From positions 183,414-247,413 of the forward strand of contig JACRDI010000036.1 of the NCBI GenBank assembly GCA_016218665.1: a stretch of 64,000 nt of DNA, read 5' to 3'. Shown in pieces: positions 29,381-43,311 of this stretch; within the stretch, counting starts at the first letter, position 1; each line of letters opens with the position of its first letter. The notes below the pieces were generated by a model that was not told where the DNA came from, ran no database searches, and saw only the letters and a program-made list of their open reading frames with translations. This stretch comes from Desulfovibrio sp. GTDB lineage: Bacteria > Desulfobacterota > Desulfovibrionia > Desulfovibrionales > Desulfovibrionaceae. The translations under genes and the position numbers were made by a program.

Positions 29381-30478
29381 GTGAACGCTCAAGAACTACT
29401 CTTCGGCACGGCCAGCTTCCCGGCTGGATCGGAATACAGGCAGTTCCAGCACCGCTTTGGCCTCGTGCTCATTCTTGTGAGCATCCTGGTCACCGCGGCG
29501 TTCATTCTTGCGGAGCTGCACGGGCTCGCGGTTCTCCACCAGGCCTACCTGAGAAGCGGCATCGTCTACTGCGCGCTCAACATCCTGGCCTACTGGAAGC
29601 TGCGCAAGAACCCGGACCATCTCGAAGTCATCGCCGCAATCTGCATCACCGCGTCATTGCTTCTTGAGGCAGTGGCCTTCATGACGAACACCGAAGACGA
29701 GATGCGCGTCATATGGTTCGCCCTGTCCATTCCCGCCGCGTATCTGCTCATCGGCACCGGTTTTGGCGTGGCCCTCACCGCCGCCTCCATGCTCTTCATC
29801 ATCGTCGGCAATTCGTCCCTCGCAGCGCCGTATTCCCCCAGCGCGATCGTGACCATCATCGTTGCGATACTCTACATCAGTGCGGCGTTCTTCGCCTTTT
29901 CGGCAAAGTCCGTGTCTTTCCACCATGCCCTGGTACAAGCCAACAACAAGCTCGCGGAACTCGCCTCCACGGACCCGCTCACCACCCTTTTCAACGCCCG
30001 GGCCTTCTCCTCCATGTGCGAGCACATCCTGCAGAAATCACTGCGGGACGGCGCCCCGTGCGCGATGGTGTTCGTGGATCTCGACCATTTCAAGGCCATC
30101 AACGACACCTACGGGCACGAGGCCGGAGACACCGTGCTCCATGCCGTAGCGCAGTGCCTCAAGGCCGCAAGCCGCGGCAGCGATGTCATAGGGAGAATCG
30201 GCGGCGAAGAATTCTCGCTCATGCTCGCCGACACGGATCGGGCGGGGGCCTTGCGGCTGGCCGAGAAGATCCGCGAAGAAATCGAGGCGCTCATGCCGTG
30301 CGTCTGCGGCATCAATCTGCGCGTCACGGCGAGCATCGGCGTGGCGGGCCTCAGACCGGAGCACAAAAGCGTCAACGACATCCAGAACAAAGCGGATCAG
30401 GCCATGTACCTGGCCAAACGAAACGGCCGGAACATGGTCGTGTGCATCGAGGACCACCTGCATCCCGGTCAGTCTTGA
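29381..30478 (+). CDS. Membrane-bound diguanylate cyclase
   Basis: About 6 TM segments, then TDPLT, DLDHFKAINDTYGH, GRIGGEEF. Confidence 0.9.
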   Translation: MNAQELLFGTASFPAGSEYRQFQHRFGLVLILVSILVTAAFILAELHGLAVLHQAYLRSGIVYCALNILAYWKLRKNPDHLEVIAAICITASLLLEAVAFMTNTEDEMRVIWFALSIPAAYLLIGTGFGVALTAASMLFIIVGNSSLAAPYSPSAIVTIIVAILYISAAFFAFSAKSVSFHHALVQANNKLAELASTDPLTTLFNARAFSSMCEHILQKSLRDGAPCAMVFVDLDHFKAINDTYGHEAGDTVLHAVAQCLKAASRGSDVIGRIGGEEFSLMLADTDRAGALRLAEKIREEIEALMPCVCGINLRVTASIGVAGLRPEHKSVNDIQNKADQAMYLAKRNGRNMVVCIEDHLHPGQS

Positions 30479-30687
30479 GCCGGGCCTCGCCGATGCGCGC
30501 CGGCGCGCCGGCCGGGCGGCCTTTCCGGCACCGGCGCCACCCGCCGCCTCGGACATTTCACAGGGCGCGCCGGCGCCATGCCCATCCGCCGAGAGACACA
30601 GGCCGGGAGGTCACGGAAAGCGTGCAAACGGCAGGCGCCTGTCCTCAATGACATGGTCCGCAGCAACTTGATCCGCAGAGCCCCGGC

Positions 30688-32051
<1,364 letters not shown>

Positions 32052-32055
<4 letters not shown>

Positions 32056-33902
32056 CCCTCCTTGCCGGTTTGCGCGCCCAGGGGCAGCAGCAGCGTGAAC
32101 ACCGTGCCCTGGCTGGGCTGGCTTTCCACCTTGATTTCGCCTCCGTGCCCCTCCACCACCCGGTGCACGATGGCCAGGCCCAGGCCCGTGCCCGCGGACC
32201 GCGTGGTGAAATAGGGGTTGAAGATGTTGGCCAGCACCTCCGGGGGCATGCCCACGCCCGTGTCCGCCACGCGCAGGGCCAGCCGCGCCGGGTCGCCCTC
32301 CGCCCGGGCCGAGACGGTGAGCACTCCGCCCTTGTCCATGGCCTGGATGGCGTTGAGGAACAGGTTCAGCAGGGCCTGGGTCAGGCGCTCGGCGTCCACC
32401 GGCGCGGGGGGCAGCCAGACGTCCGGCTCGAAGCGCACCTCCACGCCCCTGGCCGCGGCGTCCGAGCCGCACAGGCGCAACGCGCGGGCGATGACCGCGT
32501 TGACGTCCCCGGTCTTCAGCACCGGCTGTCCGGGCCGGGCGAACTCCAGCAGTTCGGACACCACCCGGTTCAGGCGGTCCACCTCCTGGATCATGGTCCG
32601 CGCCGCGTCCTTGTCCGGCCCCTCCTCCTGGATCTTCCCCGCGAGGAAGGTGGCGAAGCCCTTGATGGAGCTGAGCGGGTTGCGGATCTCGTGGGCGATG
32701 CCCGCCGCGAGGTTGCCCAGGGCGGAGAGCCGCTCGTTCCTGCGCACCTGCTCCTGCAGGCGCTTGATTTCCCGCAGGTCGCGCAGGATGAACAGGTTGC
32801 CCAGGAACAGCCCCTCCTCGTTGACGATGCGCGAGGCGCTGAGGCTCACGGGCGACCGCCCCCCGGCCGCGCCCACAAGCTCGATTTCGCGTTCCAGCAC
32901 GGCGCGGCCCTGGTCCAGCTCTCCGGCGTAGGCGGTCCAGTCCAGGCCGGCCGCATCCGCCAGGGGCTTGCCGGCAAGCGCGCCAGGAGCGGCGCCGAGC
33001 AGCCCGGCCGCGGTCTCGTTGGCCAGGGCCACGCGCCCGTGGGGGTCCGTGGTCAAGAGGCCCACGGGCAGGCTGGTGATCACCTCCGTGGCCAGGGCGC
33101 GGGCGTCCTGGAGCAGTCGGCGGGCGCGGCGGTGCCTCTGCGCCCAAAAGAGCGAGACGAACCCGCCCAGGCCCAGCAGCACGGCCAGGATCGCCGTTAT
33201 CGCCGTATTGCGGAAGTCCTCGTCCAGGGCGGCTTCGAAGGGCCGCACGTCCAGGCCCACGTAAACGATCTGCTCGCCCGTGCTGGCCGGGGGCGTGACG
33301 GAACGCGCCATGCGCCCCATGCCCATCCCCAGGCCCATGCCGCGTATGGGCCCGCCGCCAGACCGGCCCAGTGCCGGAGTCTGGCTGTCACAGCTGTCTA
33401 TGGAGCCCCTGTGCCACATCTCGTGCCCCAGTCCCGGCAGCGGGGCGAAAACCTTATAGACCTCGAAGACCTTGCCCGTTTCCGGCCCCTCGATGAGCCT
33501 CCACCTGGGGTCCTTGGCCGTGTCCGGCTCCGTGCCCTCGTCTTCGGCCACGCGGCGCCGCCCCACCTGGTCCGGGTCGCTATGGGCCAGCACCATGCCG
33601 CTGCGGTCGGTCACCATCATGTAGACGACGTCCGACTGTTTGGCGGTTTCCTGCAGCAGCGCCTGCAGGTTCCCGCCGCCGCCCATGCCCATCCAGGCGC
33701 GGGTGCCCGCCTCCATGGCCCAGATGAGGGATTCGGCCCGGGCCATGAGGCTTTGGGACATGTGCTGCTTCTCGCGCTGGGCGTTGCGGGCCGCAAGCAC
33801 GGCCACCACAAGGCCCAGAATGACGGCCAGGCCGACCAGCAGCCAGGGCGAGAGGCTGAGGAAACGGTCGCGGCTCCGGGCCGCGGGGGCATCGTGGGGC
33901 AT
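32052..33902 (-). CDS. zraS: Sensor histidine kinase, ZraS/HydH type
   Basis: TM...EAGTRAWMGM...TM, PAS, AHEIRNPLSSIKGFA, GTGLGL. Confidence 0.88.
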
Positions 33903-34073
33903 GGGGGGCTCCTTGGAACTTCCGGGTATGGGCGGAGTGTATCCATTCTTCCCATTGTGTCCAGAGAGCCTGGATACTTTCTACACACATATTCCGCGCC
34001 GCTGCCCGACGCAAACTCGCACAAAAACAAAAATATACAATAATTCATTGTTGTTATCTTCAATGAAAAGACT

Positions 34074-34088
34074 TGGCACGCCTCTTGC
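34074..34088 (+). promoter_or_regulatory. Sigma-54 (-24/-12) promoter of the zraP operon
   Basis: TGGCACG-CCTC-TTGC matches the consensus and follows an AT-rich IHF-like tract. Confidence 0.85.
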
Positions 34089-34182
34089 CCTATCAGGTTC
34101 GTCTGGCATGGAACCGGATGGGCGCGACGCGGATGGCCGCAGTACGCCGCAAGAGCAAAATTTTCAAACCAGGAGATTGACC

Positions 34183-34413
34183 ATGTGGGGATGCTCATTC
34201 GCTCCGTTTATCGGCTGGGGCGGAGGAATCGGAATCCTGGCCGGCCTGCTGCTCCTGGCTCTGCTGGTGTGGCTGGCGGTGAGGGCCTTCACCCCAAAAC
34301 GGTCAGGAAGCCACTCGGCGGACCGCAGCGACTCGATGGAGATTTTGAAGACCCGGCTGGCGAAGGGCGAGATCAGCCTCGCCGAATTCGACACCCTCAA
34401 GAAGGCCCTGTGA
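34183..34413 (+). CDS. SHOCT-domain membrane protein
   Basis: AGGAG RBS; one TM, then EILKTRLAKGEISLAEF..LK. Confidence 0.85.
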   Translation: MWGCSFAPFIGWGGGIGILAGLLLLALLVWLAVRAFTPKRSGSHSADRSDSMEILKTRLAKGEISLAEFDTLKKAL

Positions 34414-34466
34414 TGAACCGCGAAGCACAACGGCCGGAAACGGCCCAAACAATCATGGAGGACACC

Positions 34467-34667
34467 ATGAAGACTCGCACCAACACCAAGCGTGGAACCA
34501 TTCTTGCCGCCATCGCGCTCGGCGCGGCCATTCTTCTGGGCCAGGCCATGCCTTCCCAGGCGCAGACCGCGAGCGCTTCCCCTGCGGCCACCACCACTTC
34601 CTCCAGCTGGCACGGCGGCGGAGGCTGGCACGGCGGCGGCCACGGCGGCGGCTGCTGCGGTTGGTAG
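34467..34667 (+). CDS. Small secreted His/Gly/Cys-tailed peptide
   Basis: GGAGG RBS; signal peptide ending SQA; tail WHGGGGWHGGGHGGGCCGW. Confidence 0.7.
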   Translation: MKTRTNTKRGTILAAIALGAAILLGQAMPSQAQTASASPAATTTSSSWHGGGGWHGGGHGGGCCGW

Positions 34668-34727
34668 CAGAAAACCCGGCGCACACTCCCCCCCCCACTC
34701 AAAAAACGATTCCCTAAGGAGACGAAC

Positions 34728-35255
34728 ATGAAGATCAGAATGAAGACCCTGAGCATTTCCCTGGCGCTGGTGGCCGTGCTTGCGGTGGCCGGCCTGGCCA
34801 TAGCCCAGGGCCACATGGGCGACGCGCCCGGCCACATGACCGATCCTCCGGGCCACATGGGCGACGCCCAGGGCCACGCGGGCAACGGTCCCGGCATGGA
34901 CGCCGCCAACCTCACGCCCGAGAAGCAGGCCGCCGTCCAGAAGCTGTACGCCGACTTCAACTCCTCCACGGCTCCCGTCCGCCAGCAGCTTTACGCCAAG
35001 CAGGCGGAGATGAACGCCCTGTACGCCAGCGGCACCACCGACTCCAAGAAGTACCAGTCCCTTTCCCGCGAGATCGGCGACCTGAACGCCAAGCTCTATG
35101 AGGCCCAGGCCAACCTGCGCAGCCAGCTGGTCAAGCAGGGCGTCCCCGCCTCGGGCATGTACATGGGCGGCGGCCACGGCGGCGGCCACGGCGGCTACAT
35201 GGGCGGCGGCCACGGCGGCCACATGGGCGGCGGCGGCCACGGCGGCTACTACTGA
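34728..35255 (+). CDS. zraP: ZraP/Spy-family periplasmic metal-resistance protein with His/Met/Gly repeats
   Basis: NLTPEKQAA...RQQLYAKQAEMNAL; GHMGD and GGHGG repeats. Confidence 0.85.
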   Translation: MKIRMKTLSISLALVAVLAVAGLAIAQGHMGDAPGHMTDPPGHMGDAQGHAGNGPGMDAANLTPEKQAAVQKLYADFNSSTAPVRQQLYAKQAEMNALYASGTTDSKKYQSLSREIGDLNAKLYEAQANLRSQLVKQGVPASGMYMGGGHGGGHGGYMGGGHGGHMGGGGHGGYY

Positions 35256-35399
35256 ATGGGCTGCATGTAGCTCCTCACCTCCTCCTTGAGTCACGGGGCG
35301 GGCCGCGCGCGGCCCGCCCCTCTTCCCGGTTCCGCCCCGCCCGTTGCCGCGGCGCGGACCAAGGGGATTCCCGTCCAACATCCGCCCCCTGGAGGTTCC

Positions 35400-37298
<1,899 letters not shown>

Positions 37299-37308
37299 GA
37301 GACACCCC

Positions 37309-37869
37309 ATGACCGGAATCAAAGACAATTCGCTGCGCAAAATGATCATCGCCATGCTGGGCCTGGGCGTGCTGGCGATCTTCGTCACCGCCTTCATCAG
37401 CGGCGCCAACGCGCCGCAGGCCAAGGAACGCGGCACCGCCCAGCGGCAGGACACCTCCCTGGACGATAGCGTTGCCCCGCTCATGGCCAAGCTCAAGGAC
37501 AACCCGAACGACAAGGAAGCCGTGAGCAACCTGGCGCACATCTTCACCAAGTCCGACAACTGGGAGAAGGCGGCGCCCTTCTGGACCAAGCTGGTGATGA
37601 TGGAGCCGGAAAACATCGGCTCGCGCTACCACTACGGCTTCGTGCTCTCGCAGCTCAACCGCTTCCCCGAGGCCATGGAGCAGTATGAGGCCATCCTCAA
37701 GACCAACCCCAAGGAACTCGCCGCCCACTACTACATGGGCATGATCAACAAGTACGGTTTCAAGAATCTGGAGGTAGCGAAGCAGCACTTCCAGCAGGCG
37801 CTCTCAGGCACGCTGGACGACCCCGCGCTTGAGGCCGAGACCAAGAAGGAACTGGCTTCCATGAACTAG
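37309..37869 (+). CDS. Membrane-anchored TPR protein (CcmI/CycH-like)
   Basis: N-terminal TM, TPR-like helices, located directly after ccmF. Confidence 0.7.
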   Translation: MTGIKDNSLRKMIIAMLGLGVLAIFVTAFISGANAPQAKERGTAQRQDTSLDDSVAPLMAKLKDNPNDKEAVSNLAHIFTKSDNWEKAAPFWTKLVMMEPENIGSRYHYGFVLSQLNRFPEAMEQYEAILKTNPKELAAHYYMGMINKYGFKNLEVAKQHFQQALSGTLDDPALEAETKKELASMN

Positions 37870-37883
37870 CGAGGACACCCAGC

Positions 37884-38795
37884 ATGAGCCGCATCCACCT
37901 CCAGTTGCAGGTCTTCCTGCTGGCCCTCGCCTCCATCCTGCCCGGCGCTGCTTACGCGGCCAGCGCCGGGCAGGCCCTGGAGATCTATTACACCGCCAAC
38001 ACATACGGAGAGTTCGACCCGTGCCCCACCTGAGGGGGCAAGCTCATGGGCGGGCTGGCCCGGCGGGCCAGCTTCATCGAGATGAAAAGGACGAGCGCGG
38101 AAAAGAACGTGACGCGGCTGTTCGTGGCCGGCCCCTACGAACTGGCGGCGACCGACGGCGGCAGGGTTCCGGCCATGCGCGCCCCGCTGGTGGTGGCCAG
38201 GGCGCACGCGGCCATGGGCTACGACGCCATGCTCCTCACCCCGGCGGACCTGGCCCTGACGGGCGCGCCACCGCCCAAGGGCCTTGCCCGTTGGGCCGAG
38301 CTGCCAAGGCGGGCCAAGGGCGAGGTCCTGATCCGGAACGGCCTGCGCATCGCCGTGGTCCGCTTCCCCATGGCCGAGGGGATTGACGGGCGGCCGACGG
38401 AGGAGCAGTTCCGGCAGGCTCGCGAGGAAGGAATCCACCTGCGACGCGAGGCCGATGTGGTCATCGGCATCAGCCCCTGGGGGGCGCACGCGGAACAGGC
38501 CTTTCTGGAGCGTTTTGCCGCCGCCACCCAGCCCTACGACGTGCTGCTGGGCGGCGGCCCCGGCCCGGGGCACAGCGGCAGGATAGCCGGCGGCGGCTCC
38601 GCAACGTGGCTGCGGCCCTACCCCCAGGGCAAGGCCGTGCAGTGGCTGCGCCTGGACGGCCTTCCCAAAAAGCGGCCCGATGTCTGGCTGAAGCGGGAAA
38701 CGGACGTCCGCTTCGGTTCCGTGTCGCTGGACGGCTCCGTGCCGGAGGACAAGACCATAAACGATCTGCTGCGCGAGATCCGCGCCGCGGACTGA
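37884..38795 (+). CDS. UshA-like secreted selenoprotein (CPTU; Sec at codon 50, TGA 38031-38033)
   Basis: GAGG RBS and ATG 37884; signal peptide; IYYTANTYGEFDPCPT*GGKLMGGLARRA reads in frame into the 38046-38795 ORF; SECIS-like hairpin after the UGA. Confidence 0.85.
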
Positions 38796-38854
38796 GGCGC
38801 GAAGCGCGCCTGGGGGCGGCCTCCACGGGGGGCTTGACCTTTGCCCGGATCGGC

Positions 38855-38880
38855 ATGATGATGATTTTCAAGATCAATAT
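38855..38880. promoter_or_regulatory. Possible Fur-family operator upstream of the P-type ATPase
   Basis: AT-rich ATGATGATTTTCAAGATCAAT overlapping the promoter that begins TTGACC. Confidence 0.4.
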
Positions 38881-38937
38881 AAGATGCGCCGCCTCCATCC
38901 CCGATCGAGGGCGAGGGGCGGAACCCGCAGGAGGCAT

Positions 38938-41130
38938 ATGACGGAAGCGGTTTTCACCATCAAGGACATGGACTGCCAGGAGGAGGTGGCCACCCTTACC
39001 GGAGTCCTTGTTCCCCTTGTGGGACAGGAGTCGCGCCTGCGCTTCGACGTGCTGCGGCGCAGGCTTAAGGTCGATCTGACGGGTCTGGACGTGTCGCCGG
39101 AGCAGGTGCAGCAGGCCATCGCCAAAACGGGGATGCGCGCCGAGCCCTTCCAGGACGCCCTGGCGGGCTGCACGTGCTGCGGCGGCAGCTGCGAAATCCG
39201 GAAGCCCGGACTGCTGCGCGGGCGCGGACGCGAGATTCTGTGCGCCGCCAGCGGGCTGCTCTGGGCCTCGGGCATGGCGCTCATGATGGCCGAGCACGGC
39301 TCCGTGCTGGCGGCCTTCCGCGATGGCGCGGGGGCCCCGCCCCTGGCCAAGGCGCTGTGGATTCTGGCCGCCCTGACCGGGGTGTGGCACGTGCTGCCCA
39401 AGGCGCTGTACGCCCTGCGCTCCCTCAGGCCGGACATGAACCTGCTCATGGTGCTGGCCACAAGCGGAGCCATGGTCATCGGCGAATACTCGGAAGGCGC
39501 CTCCGTGGCCTTTCTCTTCGCCCTGGCCAACCAGCTGGAGGCCTGGAGCGTGGCCCGCGCCGGAAACGCCGTCCAGGCGCTCATGAGCCTGGCGCCGGAC
39601 ACAGCGCTGCTCCTCTCGCCCCTCTCCCCGGCCCCGGTGCAGACACGCGTCGAGCAGGTGCCCACAGGCTCGCGGGTGCTGGTGCGCCCCGGCGACCGCG
39701 TTCCGCTGGACGGCGTGGTGCGCTCGGGCATGTCCACCCTGGACCAGTCGCCCATCACGGGCGAGTCCGCTCCCGTTACCAAGGCCCCCGGCGACACGGT
39801 CTACGCGGGCACCATCAACGGCGAGGGCGCGCTGGAGGTGGAGACCACCAAAGCCGCGTCCGAGTCCACCCTGGCGCGCATCATGCGCCTGGTGGAGGAC
39901 GCCCAGTCCAGGCGCGCACGCGCCGTGCAATGGGTGGAAAAGTTCGCCGCCTGGTACACTCCGGTGATGATCGGGGTGGCCGTGCTCTTCGCGGTCGTCC
40001 CCCCGCTGTTCTTCGGCGGGGACTGGAGCCGCTGGTTCTACGAGGCCCTCGTGCTCCTGGTCATCTCCTGTCCGTGCGCCCTGGTCATCTCCACCCCGGT
40101 CAGCATCGTGGCGGCCCTGGCCTCTGCCGCGCGCAACGGCGTGCTGATCAAGGGCGGGGCATTCCTCGAAATCCCGGCCAGCATCACCGCGGTCGCCCTG
40201 GACAAGACGGGCACGCTCACCCACGGCAGGCCCGCGGTGACGGCCGTGCTGCCCCTGGACGGCATGTCGGAAGGGGAACTGCTGGCCATCGCCGCCGCCC
40301 TGGAATCGCGCAGCAGCCACCCGCTGGCCCAGGCCATCACGCGGCATGCGGCCGTCCAGGGCATGGCCCCGGCCCCGGCGGAGGACGTGCAGGCCCGGCC
40401 CGGCCTGGGCGCGCAGGGGCGCATCCAGGGTGTGGAGCACTTCATCGGGAGCCCGCGCTTTCTTGCCGAGACCGGTCCGGCGGCGCGCACACCGGAGCTG
40501 GAGGCCCTGCTGGCCCGTCAGGCCGAACAGCCCGGAACCTCCATCCTGGTGTGGGACGAGCGCCGCGCGCTGGGTTGCCTGCAACTGGAGGACCGCGTGC
40601 GGCACCAGGCCGCCCAGGCCCTGGCCGACCTGCGCGCAGCCGGGGTGAAGACCATCCTGATGCTGAGCGGAGACAACGAGCGCACCGCCGCCAAGATCGC
40701 CGCCCAGACGGGGGTGACGGACTTCCGCGCCGAACTGATGCCCGAGGACAAGACCCGCGCGGTGGAGGAGCTGGTCCGCTCCGGCCAGCGCGTGGCCATG
40801 GTGGGCGATGGCATCAACGACGCCCCGGCCCTGGCCGCCTCGCACCTCGGGGTGGCCATGGGGGCCATCGGCACCGACGTGGCCATCGAGACCGCCGACG
40901 TGGCGCTCATGAGCGACGACCTCTCGCGCCTGCCCTGGCTCATCCGGCACTCGCGCCGGGCCCTTGGAATCATCAAGGTCAACATCGGCTTCGCCCTGGG
41001 GATCAAGGCCGTGTTCCTGGTGCTGGCCATGTTCCAGGCCGCGACCCTGTGGACCGCCATCCTGGCGGACATGGGCTCCTCGCTGCTCGTCATCTTCAAC
41101 GGCCTGCGGCTGCTGCGCGCCAGAGACTAG
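38938..41130 (+). CDS. Heavy-metal P1B-type ATPase (Zn/Cd-type, CadA/ZntA-like)
   Basis: MDCQEE N-terminal MBD, TGES, SCPCAL, DKTGTLT, SSHP, GDGINDAP, ADMG. Confidence 0.93.
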   Translation: MTEAVFTIKDMDCQEEVATLTGVLVPLVGQESRLRFDVLRRRLKVDLTGLDVSPEQVQQAIAKTGMRAEPFQDALAGCTCCGGSCEIRKPGLLRGRGREILCAASGLLWASGMALMMAEHGSVLAAFRDGAGAPPLAKALWILAALTGVWHVLPKALYALRSLRPDMNLLMVLATSGAMVIGEYSEGASVAFLFALANQLEAWSVARAGNAVQALMSLAPDTALLLSPLSPAPVQTRVEQVPTGSRVLVRPGDRVPLDGVVRSGMSTLDQSPITGESAPVTKAPGDTVYAGTINGEGALEVETTKAASESTLARIMRLVEDAQSRRARAVQWVEKFAAWYTPVMIGVAVLFAVVPPLFFGGDWSRWFYEALVLLVISCPCALVISTPVSIVAALASAARNGVLIKGGAFLEIPASITAVALDKTGTLTHGRPAVTAVLPLDGMSEGELLAIAAALESRSSHPLAQAITRHAAVQGMAPAPAEDVQARPGLGAQGRIQGVEHFIGSPRFLAETGPAARTPELEALLARQAEQPGTSILVWDERRALGCLQLEDRVRHQAAQALADLRAAGVKTILMLSGDNERTAAKIAAQTGVTDFRAELMPEDKTRAVEELVRSGQRVAMVGDGINDAPALAASHLGVAMGAIGTDVAIETADVALMSDDLSRLPWLIRHSRRALGIIKVNIGFALGIKAVFLVLAMFQAATLWTAILADMGSSLLVIFNGLRLLRARD

Positions 41131-41138
41131 CCGTGGGC

Positions 41139-41948
41139 ATGATCTCATCCGTCACGCGCAGGCCCTGTTTCGCGGCGGTGCGGGGCCTGCTTCTTGCCGC
41201 CTGGGCGCTGGTCTGCCCTGCTCTGTCCGGCAGCGCCATGGCCGCGGAGGCGCCGCCGGGAGGGCAGCCCATGCCCGAGGCATCGGCCGCGGAGCCCGCG
41301 CCAGTGCTCCCGGACGGGCTCTGGCCCACGACCGGCCCAGCGGCGCTGCGGAAGGCCGCCCCCACGGTGGAAGCGGACGCGGCCTCCCTGGAGTTTGTGT
41401 CCGCCCCGGAGTACGCCTCCTTGTTCTGCCCCAGCTGCGCGCGGGTCAGCTCCGGCTATGGCAAACGCCGCGACCCCATCACCCGCAGGCGGCGCCAGCA
41501 CACAGGCGTGGACATCGCCCGCCCCGCGGGCACCGAGGTGTACGCCTGGATGGACGGCGTGGTGCTGAACCGGGGGCGCATGAAACGCTATGGCCTCACG
41601 GTGGACATCCGCCACGACAACGGCAAGGTCAGCCGCTACGCGCACCTCAAAAAGGCCACGGTTGTCGTCGGGCAGGAGGTCGAGGCCGGAGAGGTCATCG
41701 GGCTGGTGGGCCGCACGGGGCGCACCACGGGAGCAAACCTGCACTTCGAGATCGCCCAGGACGGCAGGCGCGGCGACCCCAGTCTGATGGGCATCGACTT
41801 CTCCCGCCTGGTGGGGCCCCTGCCGCGTCACGGGGAGCTCGATCATCTCCCCGCTGCCCCGCTGGCTCCCAAGGCTGCCTCCGGGACAGCTCCCGGGGCG
41901 GCTCCCCCTGCGCGGGCGTCGGCCACGGACCCTGCCCGGCCGCTGTAG
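41139..41948 (+). CDS. M23-family peptidase
   Basis: SSGYG.R.DP, HTGVD, YAHL, TGANLHFEI. Confidence 0.8.
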   Translation: MISSVTRRPCFAAVRGLLLAAWALVCPALSGSAMAAEAPPGGQPMPEASAAEPAPVLPDGLWPTTGPAALRKAAPTVEADAASLEFVSAPEYASLFCPSCARVSSGYGKRRDPITRRRRQHTGVDIARPAGTEVYAWMDGVVLNRGRMKRYGLTVDIRHDNGKVSRYAHLKKATVVVGQEVEAGEVIGLVGRTGRTTGANLHFEIAQDGRRGDPSLMGIDFSRLVGPLPRHGELDHLPAAPLAPKAASGTAPGAAPPARASATDPARPL

Positions 41949-42234
41949 CGCCCGCCTGGTCGGGCGCGTCCCCCTGACTGTATGCCTCTGCCTGCCCTTG
42001 GGCGGGCTGCGGCAGGACTCGGCGCGGCAGGTGCCGTAGAGGAAGCCGTTGCAGGCGTGGAGGATGCCCTCGTTCTTGCGGCGGCGTTCGCCGGGCGGCA
42101 GTGTGCGGGCCGTAGGGCTGCGCCCTGGATCAGCGGCCTCGGGCAGTTTCCCCGGCCGCGCCGCGTCCCAACAAAAAGAGACCTGCGCCCGCCGCAAGGG
42201 CAGACGCAGGTCCGAGGCCGGGAAGGCGGTTGCG

Positions 42235-43287
42235 TTAGGCCTGGCCGTATGCGGCCTGGCGGGATTCGGCCTTGCGGGCCTTGTACATGCTGCCCAGGAT
42301 GATCACCGCGCCCAGGGCCAGGGCCGCGCACATGATGACGAAGCTGGCCTTGTCCATGAGGGCCACCGCGTCCTTGGGTATTTCCACGAGGCCGAGCTCG
42401 GCCAGGTACTTGGGCACGGCCAGCGCGCGGGAGACCGCCACGATGAGCATGATGGAGCCCATGACGATCTTGATCATGGCCTCGCGCACGATGGTGGTGC
42501 CGATGGCGCCCAGCTGCACGCCCAGGAGCGAGCCCGCCAGGATGATGAGGGTGAGGCGGATGTCCACCATGCCGTGCATGGCCCAGTTGACGGTGCCGCC
42601 CAGGCCCATGGCGAAGGCGATGACCAGCTCCGAGGCCGAGGCCACCAGGCCGCTGGCGCCCAGCACGTAGATCATGCCCGGCACGCCGATGAACCCGCCC
42701 ACGGCGATGGTGGCGGCCAGCATGCCCGTGGCGAAGCCCACCGGAATGGTGAACCACATGGAGATGCGGACGCCCGCGGTCTTGAAGGTGATCATGGGCC
42801 ACATCTCGATCTTCTGCAGACGCTGGGCCAGGGTGGGGCCGGAGGCCTTGGCGCCGGGCCTCTTCATGGCGTCGTAGAACACGTAGCCGCCCACAATGAC
42901 CAGCACGGCCACGAAGGACAGGCTCACGTAGAGATTCGATCCCGCCTGCCCCCAGGCCGCGAGGATGGCGTTCTGGATCTTGATGCCCACCTGCACGCCC
43001 ACGCCGGCGCTGGCGGCCATGACGAGCCCCAGCTTCACGTCCACCTGGCCGTAGCGGAAGCGCTTGATGGCGCCCACCAGGGCCTTGGGGAACTTGTGGC
43101 ACATGTTGCTGGCCACGGCCACGGTGCCGGGCACGCCCAGGCTCATCATGCCCGGGGTGAGCACGAAGGCCCCGCCGGAGCCGATGAAGCCGCTCACCAA
43201 CCCGCCGATGAAGCCGACGATGAACAGGAAGATGATGGAGGACGTGGTCAGGTCGATGAACTTGAGCGAGTCGAGGGCGACGTCCAT
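42235..43287 (-). CDS. TauE/SafE-family membrane transporter
   Basis: GFIGSGGAFVLTP, AVGGFIGVP, multiple TMs. Confidence 0.88.
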   Translation of the reverse strand: MDVALDSLKFIDLTTSSIIFLFIVGFIGGLVSGFIGSGGAFVLTPGMMSLGVPGTVAVASNMCHKFPKALVGAIKRFRYGQVDVKLGLVMAASAGVGVQVGIKIQNAILAAWGQAGSNLYVSLSFVAVLVIVGGYVFYDAMKRPGAKASGPTLAQRLQKIEMWPMITFKTAGVRISMWFTIPVGFATGMLAATIAVGGFIGVPGMIYVLGASGLVASASELVIAFAMGLGGTVNWAMHGMVDIRLTLIILAGSLLGVQLGAIGTTIVREAMIKIVMGSIMLIVAVSRALAVPKYLAELGLVEIPKDAVALMDKASFVIMCAALALGAVIILGSMYKARKAESRQAAYGQA

Positions 43288-43311
43288 TGCTGTCTCCTTG
43301 TTTGCGCGCGG

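Noticed and set aside
35160-35250. GGCGGCCAC tandem repeats
   Set aside because: Explained by the Gly/His-rich coding tail of ZraP.
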